A DNA stretch of 64,000 nucleotides from an uncultured delta proteobacterium. Lineage in GTDB: Bacteria > Desulfobacterota > Desulfuromonadia > Geobacterales > DSM-12255. Positions 10,053-20,837 of this stretch are shown piece by piece; the first letter of the stretch is position 1; each line of letters starts with the position of its first letter. The translations under genes and the position numbers were made by a program. Location of the stretch: positions 194,798 through 258,797 of the forward strand of contig CAWBBV010000016.1 in the NCBI GenBank assembly GCA_963787125.1, written 5' to 3'. The notes beneath the pieces are model-generated. The model ran no database searches. It saw only the letters and a program-made list of their open reading frames with translations, and was not told the DNA's origin.

Positions 10053-10718
10053 ATGGCGACTATACTTGATATAAACAGCTGGAGACTCTTTACTGATCTT
10101 GCCGCAGACGAGATAAAGGTTATTTCCGCTGCGTGTGAAGAGCGGCTGCTCATGGCCGGCGAGGAGCTTTTTGCTGAAGGTGACGCCGGTGACTCTATCT
10201 GGATGATCCTTTCCGGCAGGGTCGAAGTCTACAAGAATATCCGCGGCGATGTTGACCGGACGCTGGCATCACTTGGGGCCGGTGATGTTATCGGTGAGAT
10301 GAGCTTTATCGATCAGTCCCGCCGCAGCGCAGGAGCAAGAACAAGTGAGGCAAGTGAGTTCCAGCTGCTCTCCGCAGCGGCTTTCAGGCAGATCCAGACA
10401 GAACACCCGGCCATAGCCGCCGGATTTTACCGGAATATCGCCTCGATCCTGGCTGATCGGGTCAGAAATACCAACGATCTTTACCGGGAAAGTGTGGCCT
10501 TCAGCATCGAGGCGACCGGCGCCGGTGCTCTGAATCTGGTGTCTCTGAGTGAGGAGCTGAAACCGGTGGTAATATCAATCAGCGGCGGGGTAACGGTAAA
10601 CGGCAGAATCCTGCAGATGGACAGTACTGCTGCCGGATATACGCTGGTAATCAAGGAAAACAGCGGCAAGTTGGCGATTATCCCTTATCATGCGGTGCAG
10701 AAGATCGAGCTGGAATAG
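10053..10718 (+). CDS. cNMP-binding domain protein with C-terminal Sm/Hfq-like domain
   Basis: LFAEGDAGD...G.V...GEMSFI...RSA phosphate-binding cassette; the C-terminal ~60 aa is a beta-rich Sm-like pattern rather than a CRP HTH. Confidence 0.8.
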   Translation: MATILDINSWRLFTDLAADEIKVISAACEERLLMAGEELFAEGDAGDSIWMILSGRVEVYKNIRGDVDRTLASLGAGDVIGEMSFIDQSRRSAGARTSEASEFQLLSAAAFRQIQTEHPAIAAGFYRNIASILADRVRNTNDLYRESVAFSIEATGAGALNLVSLSEELKPVVISISGGVTVNGRILQMDSTAAGYTLVIKENSGKLAIIPYHAVQKIELE

Positions 10719-10813
10719 CCCTGTCAGCTCCGGCTCCAGATCGTGTTCAATAGCGACGAGTCGGGCTTGATGGCGTGGATGTTGCGCAGGACGGGCGATG
10801 GAGACGATATGGC

Positions 10814-11227
10814 TCAGTTGCGGACGGTCATGAGATAGCTTGCAATCACCGGCAGATCTGCTTCAGCCCAGTCCAGCGTATGCAGCAGTTCAGCCGGCAG
10901 CCAGGCAATGGCGGCATGTTCATGCAGCACTATGTCGCCTGCCTCAATTGCACATACAAACGGGTAAAGCGTAACTGAAAAAGTTTGATAATGATGCGTA
11001 CTCACCGGCAGATTCCTGCCAACGTTAATCTCTACCCCCATCTCCTCTATCAGTTCACGTCGCAGGCACTCTTCAGCGGTCTCGCCCGAATCAATCTTGC
11101 CACCGGGGAACTCCCACTTGAGAGGCAGACTCATGGAGGCGCTTCTCTGGGCGGCAAGGACAAGTCCGCTTTGCTCGATGATTGCACAGGCAACCGCTAG
11201 CTTTCTGTTTGGCGAAAACTGCCTCAT
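10814..11227 (-). CDS. MutT/NudG-like NUDIX hydrolase
   Basis: WEFPGGK...E...RELIEEMG Nudix box; WAEAD. Confidence 0.92.
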   Translation of the reverse strand: MRQFSPNRKLAVACAIIEQSGLVLAAQRSASMSLPLKWEFPGGKIDSGETAEECLRRELIEEMGVEINVGRNLPVSTHHYQTFSVTLYPFVCAIEAGDIVLHEHAAIAWLPAELLHTLDWAEADLPVIASYLMTVRN

Positions 11228-11553
11228 GGCTGAAAGTGAAGTGCCAGCCAGACGGTCTTGACGAGGGTGTCGGTCTGTTCGACCCTGTGGCGGCAGTGTG
11301 CCGGGAGGTGAAGGTAATCACCGGGAATAAGCCGGTGCGGAGCATGTTCCCCTTCGATCAGAAGGGCTGCTGAGCCGGTTAGCAGCAGCACCCACTCATC
11401 CTGTTCCTGATCGTACCACTCACCTTCAGGGGTTGCCTGGCCGGAAGAGATGATCCTCTCCAGCTTCAATCCAGGCTTTTCAAGCAGGGTCTCAAAAATT
11501 TCGTTCGTTGAAACCGGGAGCTCAGAGAGGATATTTTTAAGGTCGGGAGACAT
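11224..11553 (-). CDS. Cupin domain protein
   Basis: ERIISSGQ, WYDQ..DEWV, PAHCRHRV. Confidence 0.85.
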   Translation of the reverse strand: MSPDLKNILSELPVSTNEIFETLLEKPGLKLERIISSGQATPEGEWYDQEQDEWVLLLTGSAALLIEGEHAPHRLIPGDYLHLPAHCRHRVEQTDTLVKTVWLALHFQP

Positions 11554-12275
11554 CACAGTTTTTCGATCTGGAGGAAAAAGGGGTTGTCAAACCCACTGGC
11601 AGCGGCAGAGCGGAGGACCGCATCTGCACCGGCTTCGATGCTCTCCAGGAGAGCGCACTCTGTAAAGAGATAAACCAAGAGTGGCATACTGCCGTAAAGT
11701 GAAAAGCCGAACTCTTTTAGCATCTGCAGTGAAGCCTGTGCCTCCAGATTTTGACCGGCATCCCGGGTAGCAGCGAGATAGTGGAGCGGAAAGGCGGTAA
11801 CCGTCCGATCAAGACTCTCAATAAAGAGCTGCTTTTCAGCTGCATCCAGACTGCCGAAATCAACTCCGCACCAAAAGCTCTCGCGGGTTGCAAGCAGCGC
11901 CCGGCAGGAAATCGGCCTTGCCGCATAGATCCCGCAACTGCTGCCAACCAGGAAAGGGCAGCCGCCCAGGTCGCGTCGATACAGCCGCAGATACTCTCTA
12001 AACTCGGAAATGCCGCCGGCCAGCTCTCTGAGCTGCTCAATATATCCGTTTAAAGAGCTTTTCTGTGCCTTGTCAAGCGCCCCGGCAACCAGCAGCGCCT
12101 CAGCTGCAGTACAGTTCACCGCTAAAGTACAGCAGGAACTGCACCCTTTCTCACAAAAAATCTTGCCCCCCTGCTGGCGATAAGCCGCAGTAACCGTGGC
12201 ACAGAGCTGCTCCATGAAGCTCTGCTGCCTGGCCGTTTCGCTGAGAATATCCTGCCATCGATCATTCGGCTTCAT
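11553..12275 (-). CDS. YkgJ/CxxCxxCC cysteine-cluster protein
   Basis: CEKGCSSCC and CPFL...C.IY.ARP.SCR motifs. Confidence 0.85.
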   Translation of the reverse strand: MKPNDRWQDILSETARQQSFMEQLCATVTAAYRQQGGKIFCEKGCSSCCTLAVNCTAAEALLVAGALDKAQKSSLNGYIEQLRELAGGISEFREYLRLYRRDLGGCPFLVGSSCGIYAARPISCRALLATRESFWCGVDFGSLDAAEKQLFIESLDRTVTAFPLHYLAATRDAGQNLEAQASLQMLKEFGFSLYGSMPLLVYLFTECALLESIEAGADAVLRSAAASGFDNPFFLQIEKL

Positions 12276-12288
12276 CACTACTCCAGAT

Positions 12289-13467
12289 TCACAGGAACCA
12301 GTTGAGCGGCGCAATGATCTTCTCCAGCAGCTTTACCGTAAAGCCGCGGCGCTCATGCTCTTCGAGGGAGATTCGCCTTGACAGGGCAAGATCATCGCCA
12401 AACATTTCGTCCACCTGCTTGCCGAAATCAGTGCTGGAAACAATTACATTTACTTCAAAATTGCGATGAAAGCTTCTCTGGTCGAGATTAGCCGAACCGA
12501 TAACCGACCAGCGGCCGTCGATCAGCATGACCTTGCCATGAAGGATAGTCCCTTCCCGTTCAAAGATCTCGATCCCTCCCTTGATGAGAGTTGAGTATGA
12601 ACTGCGATTGACCAGCCTGACCAGCGGGATATCGCTTTGTGCCGGAAGAATCAGCTCTACCTTGACCCCCCGCCTTACCGCCCGCAGCATGGCTCTGATA
12701 AAGCGCGGGCCGGGGACAAAATAGGGTGTTTCAATCCTGATGCTCTCTGTCGCGCCGCCGATCGCCATCCGGAAAGCTGCCCTTATTCTGGAGCGGTTAT
12801 GGTGCGGACCGCCACTGACAATGGCGACGTCATCCGCGCCGGAAGCGTTATTAAAGCCTATATCGTAGCTGCAGACAGGGATGAAGGCCGCTTCTGAATG
12901 CCAGTTTTCGCAGAACAGCCGCGAGAGCTCCTGCACTGCGTTACCCTCAATTCTGACTCCCAAATCGCGCCAATAAAGAGCTTTACTCCCACCGGCATAC
13001 TCATCGCCGATATTGAGCCCCCCGGCAAAAGCGACCCGACTGTCGATAACAGCAATCTTGCGATGGTCCCTTTTATCGAACCAGGAAATACCGTTGCGAA
13101 ACGGCGGTGGATTAAAGGGAGCGCAATGGATGCCGCTATTTTCCAGTGAGCGGAAATATGTGGCAGGAGTATCAAAGCAGCCGATGTAGTCATACAGCAG
13201 ACAGACTTCTACCCCGCGCCCGGCAGCTTTTTCGAGAAGTTCGGCAAGATGCTTGCCGGTTCTGTCCGCTCTGACAATGTAGAATTCAAGATAAATCGAG
13301 TGTTCTGCCTGCTGGATAGCGGCGAAAAATTCCCCAAAAAAATCACCGCCGGTTTTAAGAAGCGCAATTGAGTTTCCGTGGGAAAAATTCGCTGCAGTGC
13401 TGCGCCGGAATTGGTTGAAAAACCTTGCCGACTCCGGACGTTTCGATTTTCTCAGTAAAATGCTCAT
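12289..13467 (-). CDS. Cardiolipin synthase (ClsB-like PLD)
   Basis: Two HKD motifs: HRKIAVID...GGLNIG and HGKVMLID...GSANLD. Confidence 0.92.
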   Translation of the reverse strand: MSILLRKSKRPESARFFNQFRRSTAANFSHGNSIALLKTGGDFFGEFFAAIQQAEHSIYLEFYIVRADRTGKHLAELLEKAAGRGVEVCLLYDYIGCFDTPATYFRSLENSGIHCAPFNPPPFRNGISWFDKRDHRKIAVIDSRVAFAGGLNIGDEYAGGSKALYWRDLGVRIEGNAVQELSRLFCENWHSEAAFIPVCSYDIGFNNASGADDVAIVSGGPHHNRSRIRAAFRMAIGGATESIRIETPYFVPGPRFIRAMLRAVRRGVKVELILPAQSDIPLVRLVNRSSYSTLIKGGIEIFEREGTILHGKVMLIDGRWSVIGSANLDQRSFHRNFEVNVIVSSTDFGKQVDEMFGDDLALSRRISLEEHERRGFTVKLLEKIIAPLNWFL

Positions 13468-13491
13468 TGCAAGGGCTTCCCGTACTCGGGT

Positions 13492-13722
13492 CTATCTTAC
13501 CTGCACGACTTCCGTAACTCCGGGAATCTGCTCTTTCAGCGTCCGCTCAATCCCCATTTTCAGGGTCATGGTGGACATGGGGCAGCTGCCGCAGGCACCG
13601 ACAAGCTTCACTTTGACGACGCCATCCGCGGTAACTTCAATCAGTTCAACATCGCCGCCATCAGCCTGCAGTGCCGGACGGACAGTTTCAAGAACTTCTT
13701 TCACTTTTTCGATCATTTTCAT
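13492..13722 (-). CDS. NifU/NfuA C-terminal domain protein
   Basis: [17 protein letters not shown]. Confidence 0.93.
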   Translation of the reverse strand: MKMIEKVKEVLETVRPALQADGGDVELIEVTADGVVKVKLVGACGSCPMSTMTLKMGIERTLKEQIPGVTEVVQVR

Positions 13723-14351
13723 TCTCCTTTTTTAAGTAACTCTTCCAATGAGAGCAGCTCTTCAATGGTTGGTGTCAGTAGCACTCTGCTGCCGTGCTCG
13801 TCAGGCAGCCGCAGATCTACATCATATCTATCGCCGATAAACAGGCACTCCACCGGCTCTGCTCCGATGGCGGCGTAAATTTTGGCAAGCGCCAACCGAT
13901 CCGGCTTTGCCCGCCAGAAATCCTCTATGGAGAAGATTTCTGCAAACAGCCCGTCGATACCGATAAGCTGCATGATTGCGGCTGTCAGGCGCCGGTTGTT
14001 ATTGGTGTAGATGTACAGTTCGTACTTTTTGCGGAGCCGATCCAACATTCCGACAACCCGGTCATCTCTGACAAGATAGTTTTCCGGCCTGATATTTTCG
14101 CCAAGATAGCTGTGGAGTGCCTTGATATCTCCGTGGAGCAGCTCGCAGGCCGCGCTCAGAGTCGCTTCACTGCCGGTTTTAGCGGAGAGTTCCGCCTTGG
14201 CGGCGGCAAGCAGAACCTTTGCCTCTTCGGCAGCGATTCCCAGCTGCAGCGTGAGTCCTTCTGCGGCGCAGTTCTGGATCTCCTCCGCCAGCTCTTTACT
14301 GTTGTAGAGAGTTCCGTCAAGATCGAATATTAGAGAGGTCAGCCGGTTCAT
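13719..14351 (-). CDS. HAD-superfamily hydrolase
   Basis: FDLDGTL, TN, KP, IGD...D motifs. Confidence 0.9.
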   Translation of the reverse strand: MNRLTSLIFDLDGTLYNSKELAEEIQNCAAEGLTLQLGIAAEEAKVLLAAAKAELSAKTGSEATLSAACELLHGDIKALHSYLGENIRPENYLVRDDRVVGMLDRLRKKYELYIYTNNNRRLTAAIMQLIGIDGLFAEIFSIEDFWRAKPDRLALAKIYAAIGAEPVECLFIGDRYDVDLRLPDEHGSRVLLTPTIEELLSLEELLKKGE

Positions 14352-15508
14352 CAGTAAGCTGCTGCCCAGTTTTTCAGGCAGAGAAGATCAGGCGCAGCAA
14401 CATTCTTACCCTGAACCAATACCTTGAAAGTATCGCCCATACCGCCGTCAGGGAGCATCAGTTTTTTAAGTGCCAGGCGATCCCTGATCCGTTCTGATTC
14501 CGGCAGAGGACGGGCTTCCAGAGCCAGCAGCTCTGTCATCATCCCGGTTGCCAGCAAAAAACGGTACTGTTCGCCGTACCAGATTTTCTCCAGGCCGGCA
14601 GCTTCTCCGGCCATTATCAGGGCGCTGAAATCAACATGGGCGGTAATGTCCTGCAGCCCGACCCGGATGTAAGGGTTTTCTTCCAGCTGGTGCTGATAAT
14701 AGCAGAGCACAGTACCGTTCATCCGCATCCGCCCGTACAGCTCTGCCGCCAGATAACCGTAGTCGATGGTAATGACAAAACCCCGCTGCAGCGAAGACGC
14801 AACCCCGGTCAGCCAACTATCGGCAACAAGACGGATCTCTGCGCGCTGGCCGACGGCCAGGCGAATAGCGGCTTTTTCAACAAAAGTTTCGATTCCGGGG
14901 GATAAAAATGGAGTAAGTTTTTCACAAAACTGATCAGCTTCCGCTGCAATCAGAACCTCCCGCAGACCTGAAGCCGTCATCTCTACAACATGCACAGGGA
15001 GGGCATCAACAAGCTCATTGGAAAGGATGCAGCCGACAATCCCAAGGCTGCCTGCCGCCAGTTCGTCAGGAGTGCTCCAGGCAAGGCGGTGAGAGTGCGC
15101 CGCCAGCATCTTCGCCTGGGCGTTGGCCAGTGATGGCTCGGCCTCAATAAGTCGGTAGATGAGTGTCTGATACAGTTGCGGCTCCAGCTCCTGCAGCGCA
15201 TCAAGAATATCCGCCGCCAGTCGCCCCCCGGCCGCACCCGGCTCAACAATCTGGAAGTTATCCGGAGCGCCGATGGTGCGCCACATCTGGCAGATCTCCC
15301 GCGCTATCAGCCGCCCGAAAACCCGGTGGACGTTGCTGCTGGTGTAGAAATCGCCTTCAGCGCCGACTTTTCTCCCCGCAGAGGTGTAGTAGCCGAGCCC
15401 CGGCTCATACAGGCAGGCGGCCATGAATTCGGCAAAGGTTATGGAGCCCTTGCTCTTTATCCGCTCAAGCAGAATAGTTCGCAGGGCGTTATCGTTAACT
15501 GTTTCCAC
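14351..15508 (-). CDS. MidA/NDUFAF7-like SAM-dependent methyltransferase
   Basis: GDFYTS, SNELVDALP, IDYG, DITAHVDF; GTG 15508 with GGAG RBS. Confidence 0.88.
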   Translation of the reverse strand: METVNDNALRTILLERIKSKGSITFAEFMAACLYEPGLGYYTSAGRKVGAEGDFYTSSNVHRVFGRLIAREICQMWRTIGAPDNFQIVEPGAAGGRLAADILDALQELEPQLYQTLIYRLIEAEPSLANAQAKMLAAHSHRLAWSTPDELAAGSLGIVGCILSNELVDALPVHVVEMTASGLREVLIAAEADQFCEKLTPFLSPGIETFVEKAAIRLAVGQRAEIRLVADSWLTGVASSLQRGFVITIDYGYLAAELYGRMRMNGTVLCYYQHQLEENPYIRVGLQDITAHVDFSALIMAGEAAGLEKIWYGEQYRFLLATGMMTELLALEARPLPESERIRDRLALKKLMLPDGGMGDTFKVLVQGKNVAAPDLLCLKNWAAAY

Positions 15509-15552
15509 GGCTATCTCCAGTGGGGATGTTATAAAGTATGGGACCGTTTTTG

Positions 15553-16503
15553 TCAATTTTGGAAGAGTCTGCAAAGCAACCAGGAGAGTACCAGCAACGC
15601 CTCTGCCCCGTACATGAGACGCACCGCCCCCTGCCAGGCGCGGCGGTCAAGGGTTTGGAGCGGATCGCCGATAGTCGGCTTTGCTACCGGCTGGCCGAAG
15701 TAGAAATTCGTGCCGCCGAGCTGCACCCCCAGCGCCCCGGCAGCGGCCGCTTCCGGGATACCGCTGTTGGGGGAGGAATGATTGCGGCCGTCGCGGGTCA
15801 TGATCCGCCAGGCGCCTTTCAGGTTCAGCCCCGCAAAAGGCGCGACCAGCACCATGAGCAGCCCGGTCAGCCTGGCAGGAACCCAGTTGGCAAGATCATC
15901 ACAGCGGGCTGAAGCCCGGCCGAAAAGGAGATATTTTTCGTTTTTATAGCCGACCATGGAGTCAAGCGTGTTGACCGCCTTGTATGCCAGGCCGAGGACC
16001 GGTCCGCCCATCAGCAAAAAGAGCAGCGGGGCGGTAACACCGTCTGAACTGTTTTCGGCGACCGTCTCGACGGTGCCGCGCCAGATATCCGGTGCAGTAA
16101 GATTGTCGGTGTCCCGCCCGACGATGAAGGAGAGCTGTTTCCGCGCTTTCCCCAGATCACCTTCGATCAGCGCCGTCGCTACAAGGCCGGATTCATGGTG
16201 GAGCGAGCGGGCTGCCAGACAGTTCCAGGAAAGGATGGTGGCGACGAGCACTCCGGCAAAAGGATGGATGGCGTACGCCCCCTGCAACAGGAGCGCAGCG
16301 ACCGCCGCCGTGATGCCGACAGTCAGCACAAGCAGCAGCAGACCACCTGTCAGCCGGCTATTCACGGCGCTTCGCAGGCGTGGTTCGAGATAGCCGATCA
16401 GCCTGCCGATGTATACCACCGGATGGGGAAACCAGCGCGGGTCGCCCAGGAGCCAGTCAAGGATGACAGCGGCGGGGATTATGAGGGTTAGGTCATGGTA
16501 CAG
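15553..16503 (-). CDS. cbiB: Adenosylcobinamide-phosphate synthase (start anomalous: CTG 16503 or frameshifted ATG 16496)
   Basis: The frame extends upstream through LDWLLGDPRWFPHPV; VGRDT, ENSSDG, NTLDSMVGY, SPNSG motifs. Confidence 0.92.
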   Translation of the reverse strand: MYHDLTLIIPAAVILDWLLGDPRWFPHPVVYIGRLIGYLEPRLRSAVNSRLTGGLLLLVLTVGITAAVAALLLQGAYAIHPFAGVLVATILSWNCLAARSLHHESGLVATALIEGDLGKARKQLSFIVGRDTDNLTAPDIWRGTVETVAENSSDGVTAPLLFLLMGGPVLGLAYKAVNTLDSMVGYKNEKYLLFGRASARCDDLANWVPARLTGLLMVLVAPFAGLNLKGAWRIMTRDGRNHSSPNSGIPEAAAAGALGVQLGGTNFYFGQPVAKPTIGDPLQTLDRRAWQGAVRLMYGAEALLVLSWLLCRLFQN

Positions 16504-16626
16504 GTTAGTTCCTTTGGGTTAGTTGTTGCGTGATTGCAACGTGAAAAGGTACACCGGCTCGGCGGGGTCTCTTTCACGCTGACCGGTGCTGCCGTTGGTT
16601 GAACTGGTTGTTATGCATCTTAGATT

Positions 16627-19600
16627 TTAAACTTTACCCCCAACACCTTTAAATTTCTCAACAAAAGCAACAATTTTTTGAAAAACGCTCTGTTTCTTGG
16701 TGAGATACTGAGGGTTAAGCGGGCTCATTTTGGGGAGAATTGAGTTTAACTCCGTACCGTTTTCACTGGCGAATTCTCGTTTTAGTGAAGCGGTTATATA
16801 CCGTTTTGCAGCCTCTTCATTCAGGTTTTCATTACTAATCAATTCTACAGCTTCACGCTGTTGTTCCGCTTGGGCAAAGGAGAAGAAGGCATCTATGATG
16901 CTGGCTTTATCCTGGATGGTGTCAAGGTCGGTTTGGTTGATAAAGTCAACCAGCAGACTCTCTTTTGCACGGTTGCCGATGCTGGAGCGGATGATACGGC
17001 GCACATCCTCAACCAGGGTCGCTTTATCCTTACGCTTTTTATTGTTTTCAAAAATCAGTTCCAGAATGTAATCAAGATTGATTTCCTGAGATTTCAGAAG
17101 ATCAACTTCAAAAACAACATCATCCCAATCAATGGTTGAGGTGGCTTTATCGTTACCGGCTTTTTCACGGTGCAGCCAGTCGCGAATATCGTTATAGGTC
17201 GAACGGTAATCTTGAATAGTGCGCACGGGGAGAACAGGGATTTTCTGCATAGCGGCGACCTGTTCATCGTTCAGATAGTGTTTCGCCTTGAACTCTTCAA
17301 CGGCTTTCGAGTCGGCAGGATCTAAGTTCTGCACGGCTTGCAACCCTGCAAATTCATCGTAGTTTTGCAGAATATTTTCAACACGAAGGTATTCACCGAA
17401 CAATTTGGCGAAGTCTTTTTTGTCTTTCTCTTTTTCAATCTCTTCGGGCTTGGGGAACCGCTGTTGCAGCTCTGCCACAATATCCAGATACCCGCGACGG
17501 GCTTCACCAGTGACTACATCGGCAAAACCTTCCATGTACTCTTTATAGCTCTTTTCAAGTACAACATTTTTGGTATTACTGTTGCCAAACAGCGTGATCG
17601 CATCAATGGTAGCCTGTTCCAAATCACGGAAGGTGATGATATTTCCAAAGGTTTTGGTGGCATCATAAATACGATTGCTGCGGGAATAGGCCTGTATCAA
17701 GCCGTGATAGCGGAGGTTTTTATCAACAAAGATCGTATTCAGCGTGGGAGCGTCAAAGCCGGTTAAGAACATACCGACAACAATAATCAAATCGATTTCC
17801 TGTTTTTTAACCCTGGAAGAGAGGTCGCGGTAATAGTTCTGGAACGCATTGCTTTCGACACTGAAATTAGTCTTGAACATCGCATTGTAGTCGTTGATTG
17901 CAGAACTCAAAAACTCTTTTGCACTGCTCTCCATTGCAGAGGTTTCAAAACTTTCATCAAGAATATCCCCTACTGCATCTTGCTCTTCATTGGCTGCAAA
18001 AGAGAAGATGGTGGCAATTTTAAGCGGTTTGTCACTCTCTTTCTGTAGCTTGTTCAGGGTTTCATAGTACATCTTTGCCGCATCCACACTACTCACGGCA
18101 AACATGGCATTAAAGCCTTTGCCAGTGGCCCCAAGCCGGTGTGTTTTCTGCCGGAAGTTATTTAAGAGGTACTGCGAAATTTCCTGAATACGGGCGGGGT
18201 GCAGTAAGGCTTGTCTGTTTTCGGATGCGGTGAGTTTTTTCTCGTCCTGTTCCGATTCAATGGTTTTAAACTGTGGGCGGACATCGTTATAGTCTACTTT
18301 GAATTTCAACACTTTCTCATCACGGATTGCATCGGTGATGACATAGGAGTGCAGTTCAGTACCAAAAACGGATTGGGTCGTTTCAGCACCCAGGGCATTT
18401 TCCGGGAAAATAGGGGTGCCGGTAAACCCGAACTGACAGAACTTTTTGAATTTCTTTTTGAGATTCTTCTGAGCTTCACCGAACTGAGAGCGGTGCGCTT
18501 CATCAAAGATAAACACCACCTGCTTTTGGTAGATAGGCAGGTTGTCTTCGCTCTTCATCAGGTTGTTGAGTTTCTGAATGGTTGTGACAATGATTTTGTT
18601 ATCATCGGTTTCGATGTTTCGTTTCAGCCCAGCGGTGCTTTCGGAACCGTTGACGCTATCGGGGGAAAAACGCTGATACTCTTTCATGGTTTGGAAATCG
18701 AGATCTTTACGGTCAACCACAAAAAAGACTTTATCCACAAAATCGAGTTCTGTTGCCAGTCGTGCCGTTTTGAAGCTGGTAAGGGTTTTCCCCGATCCGG
18801 TTGTATGCCAGATAAATCCGCCGCTATCGGTGGTGCTCCAGTTTTTCGCCAGGTGCGTGCAGTTGATCTTCCATAAAAGTCTTTCGGTGGCGGCAATCTG
18901 GTAGGGACGCATCACGAGAAGGGTGTTGCTGGTATCAAACACGGAATAGCGAAGCATAACATCGAGCAGCGTTTTTTTCTGAAAAAAGGTGGCGGTAAAA
19001 TCTTTCAGGTCTTTGATCAGGGTGTTATCTGATTTTGCCCAGTTCATGGTGAAATCGAAACTGTTTTTATCCCGCTTGGTAGTGTTGGCAAAATAACGGC
19101 TATCAGTGCCGTTTGAGATTATGAAAATTTGCAGATATTTAAACAGAGAATAGTCGGCATTAAAACTCTCTTTGCTGTAGCGGTGCACCTGATTGAAGGC
19201 TTCACGGATTGCGACGCCCCGTTTCTTCAGCTCAACCTGCACTACTGGCAGGCCATTGGCCAGGATTGTCACATCGTAGCGATTGGCATGAGAACCGGCC
19301 TGTTCTACCTGTGAAATTACCTGCACTTTATTGCGGGTGATATTTTTTTTGTCGAAAAGGTAAATGTTTTGGATATGGCCGTCATCAAAGACAAAATCGT
19401 GGATATAGTTGTCGTGGATTTTGCGGGTTTTATCGATTATTGAATCGCTCGGCTTATCTAAAAACTCCTCCACAAAGCGGAGCCATTCTCCTTCGGAAAA
19501 CTGCACGCTGTTGAGTGTTTGGAGCTGTACACGAACATTTTTCAGCAATGTGTCCGGGGTTTTTACCTCGGGCAGAAACTCGTAGCCCTGATTCTGCAAA

Positions 19601-19725
19601 TCCTGAATAAACTCCCGCTCCAGGTCATATTCGCTTTGGTAGGTTTCGGCAACTTTCCATTCCCTAGTGTATTTATCCAGGACGATAAAGTTATTTGATT
19701 CGGCTATGGTGGAGTAATCAATCAT
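16627..19725 (-). CDS. hsdR: Type I restriction endonuclease subunit R (EcoR124/type IC-like)
   Basis: RYDV...QVELK nuclease motif, [32 protein letters not shown]. Confidence 0.96.
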   Translation of the reverse strand: MIDYSTIAESNNFIVLDKYTREWKVAETYQSEYDLEREFIQDLQNQGYEFLPEVKTPDTLLKNVRVQLQTLNSVQFSEGEWLRFVEEFLDKPSDSIIDKTRKIHDNYIHDFVFDDGHIQNIYLFDKKNITRNKVQVISQVEQAGSHANRYDVTILANGLPVVQVELKKRGVAIREAFNQVHRYSKESFNADYSLFKYLQIFIISNGTDSRYFANTTKRDKNSFDFTMNWAKSDNTLIKDLKDFTATFFQKKTLLDVMLRYSVFDTSNTLLVMRPYQIAATERLLWKINCTHLAKNWSTTDSGGFIWHTTGSGKTLTSFKTARLATELDFVDKVFFVVDRKDLDFQTMKEYQRFSPDSVNGSESTAGLKRNIETDDNKIIVTTIQKLNNLMKSEDNLPIYQKQVVFIFDEAHRSQFGEAQKNLKKKFKKFCQFGFTGTPIFPENALGAETTQSVFGTELHSYVITDAIRDEKVLKFKVDYNDVRPQFKTIESEQDEKKLTASENRQALLHPARIQEISQYLLNNFRQKTHRLGATGKGFNAMFAVSSVDAAKMYYETLNKLQKESDKPLKIATIFSFAANEEQDAVGDILDESFETSAMESSAKEFLSSAINDYNAMFKTNFSVESNAFQNYYRDLSSRVKKQEIDLIIVVGMFLTGFDAPTLNTIFVDKNLRYHGLIQAYSRSNRIYDATKTFGNIITFRDLEQATIDAITLFGNSNTKNVVLEKSYKEYMEGFADVVTGEARRGYLDIVAELQQRFPKPEEIEKEKDKKDFAKLFGEYLRVENILQNYDEFAGLQAVQNLDPADSKAVEEFKAKHYLNDEQVAAMQKIPVLPVRTIQDYRSTYNDIRDWLHREKAGNDKATSTIDWDDVVFEVDLLKSQEINLDYILELIFENNKKRKDKATLVEDVRRIIRSSIGNRAKESLLVDFINQTDLDTIQDKASIIDAFFSFAQAEQQREAVELISNENLNEEAAKRYITASLKREFASENGTELNSILPKMSPLNPQYLTKKQSVFQKIVAFVEKFKGVGGKV

Positions 19726-19729
19726 GTCG

Positions 19730-20836
19730 CTATACCTGTTGCCAATAGCCATAGTTATCAATCAGATGATCCAGCAAAAACTTAACCGTTTGTTTTTCTT
19801 GTACCGTCGGCTCGGCAAAGGCCACATTGGATAAAGTGCTGTGGCTAGTAAATTGAATGATACGGTTCATATAAGCTTGTTTGTCGCCCGGCAAAAGTTC
19901 CGACCACCTCGGGTACCCCAAAAAGCTGGCGGTTTTTTCATAAAGGTTACGCAAGAGCGTGAAGTGGTATTTTTGTACCTGATTCTCTGCAATCGCCTTC
20001 TCAAGCGTTTGTTTCAAATACAGGTGATAGGAAAAGCTTTTGTTAGAGTCGCCCTTCTTTTCCTCAAGATCGAATGTTCCATGCTGATGCCGTTTAAGAA
20101 TATTACCGGATTTGACACCAAGCTCATTGTAAATCACATTGTAAAATAATGGACTGTGTGTAGATATGATAAATTTAACACTAGAGGTACTTGACCTTAT
20201 TAATTCAGACAATATAACAGCCAACTCAATCAAATGGTTTTCATCTAGTGAACTAACAGGATCATCGATAAAAACATATTCTAAATTATTAAATACATCA
20301 GTTGACCTGTTGGTATCATCAACTATGTTTAATTCCGAAACCATTTGTTCAATTAACGAATAAAACACACTCCAAATAAAGTTGCTTTCTTCGCCTTTTG
20401 AGATTTTAACATTGGGCTCTTGTTGATCATTTCCTCGCTCGAATGAAAAGCTGACTTTTGAAAAATTTTGGCTAAAGTGCGGTGTTAATTTTTCATTGGT
20501 GTAGCGCTGAAAAGTGGCAGTAATGTTCTGATCCTGGCCTTGTTCTTCAAGCACCCACTTGGTGAAAGAGTTAGGCTGGATTATTAGTTTCGGCTCGGCA
20601 TCCTGCTCCAAGTCGTTGTTCCAATAGAACAAATCTTCCGTAAACGCACTGTAATACAGGATTTTCTTTTGTGCCAATATTGATTGCTGTGCTTCAGTCC
20701 CAGTTTTGGGTGCAATCAACTCTTTAAATTCGCGAGATAGACGGGTTTTCCCCATACCATTAAAAGCGTAGATTAGCTGTACCTTTTTATCCGAATCTTT
20801 TAGTTGCTGGGCTATCTGTGTTAGCGTTTTGCTCAT
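19730..20836 (-). CDS. prrC: PrrC-like anticodon nuclease (ABC ATPase + HEPN)
   Basis: [12 protein letters not shown]alker [21 protein letters not shown]-terminal LRNLYE and R..QFTSH; lies between hsdS and hsdR as in EcoprrI. Confidence 0.88.
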   Translation of the reverse strand: MSKTLTQIAQQLKDSDKKVQLIYAFNGMGKTRLSREFKELIAPKTGTEAQQSILAQKKILYYSAFTEDLFYWNNDLEQDAEPKLIIQPNSFTKWVLEEQGQDQNITATFQRYTNEKLTPHFSQNFSKVSFSFERGNDQQEPNVKISKGEESNFIWSVFYSLIEQMVSELNIVDDTNRSTDVFNNLEYVFIDDPVSSLDENHLIELAVILSELIRSSTSSVKFIISTHSPLFYNVIYNELGVKSGNILKRHQHGTFDLEEKKGDSNKSFSYHLYLKQTLEKAIAENQVQKYHFTLLRNLYEKTASFLGYPRWSELLPGDKQAYMNRIIQFTSHSTLSNVAFAEPTVQEKQTVKFLLDHLIDNYGYWQQV

Positions 20837-20837
20837 G

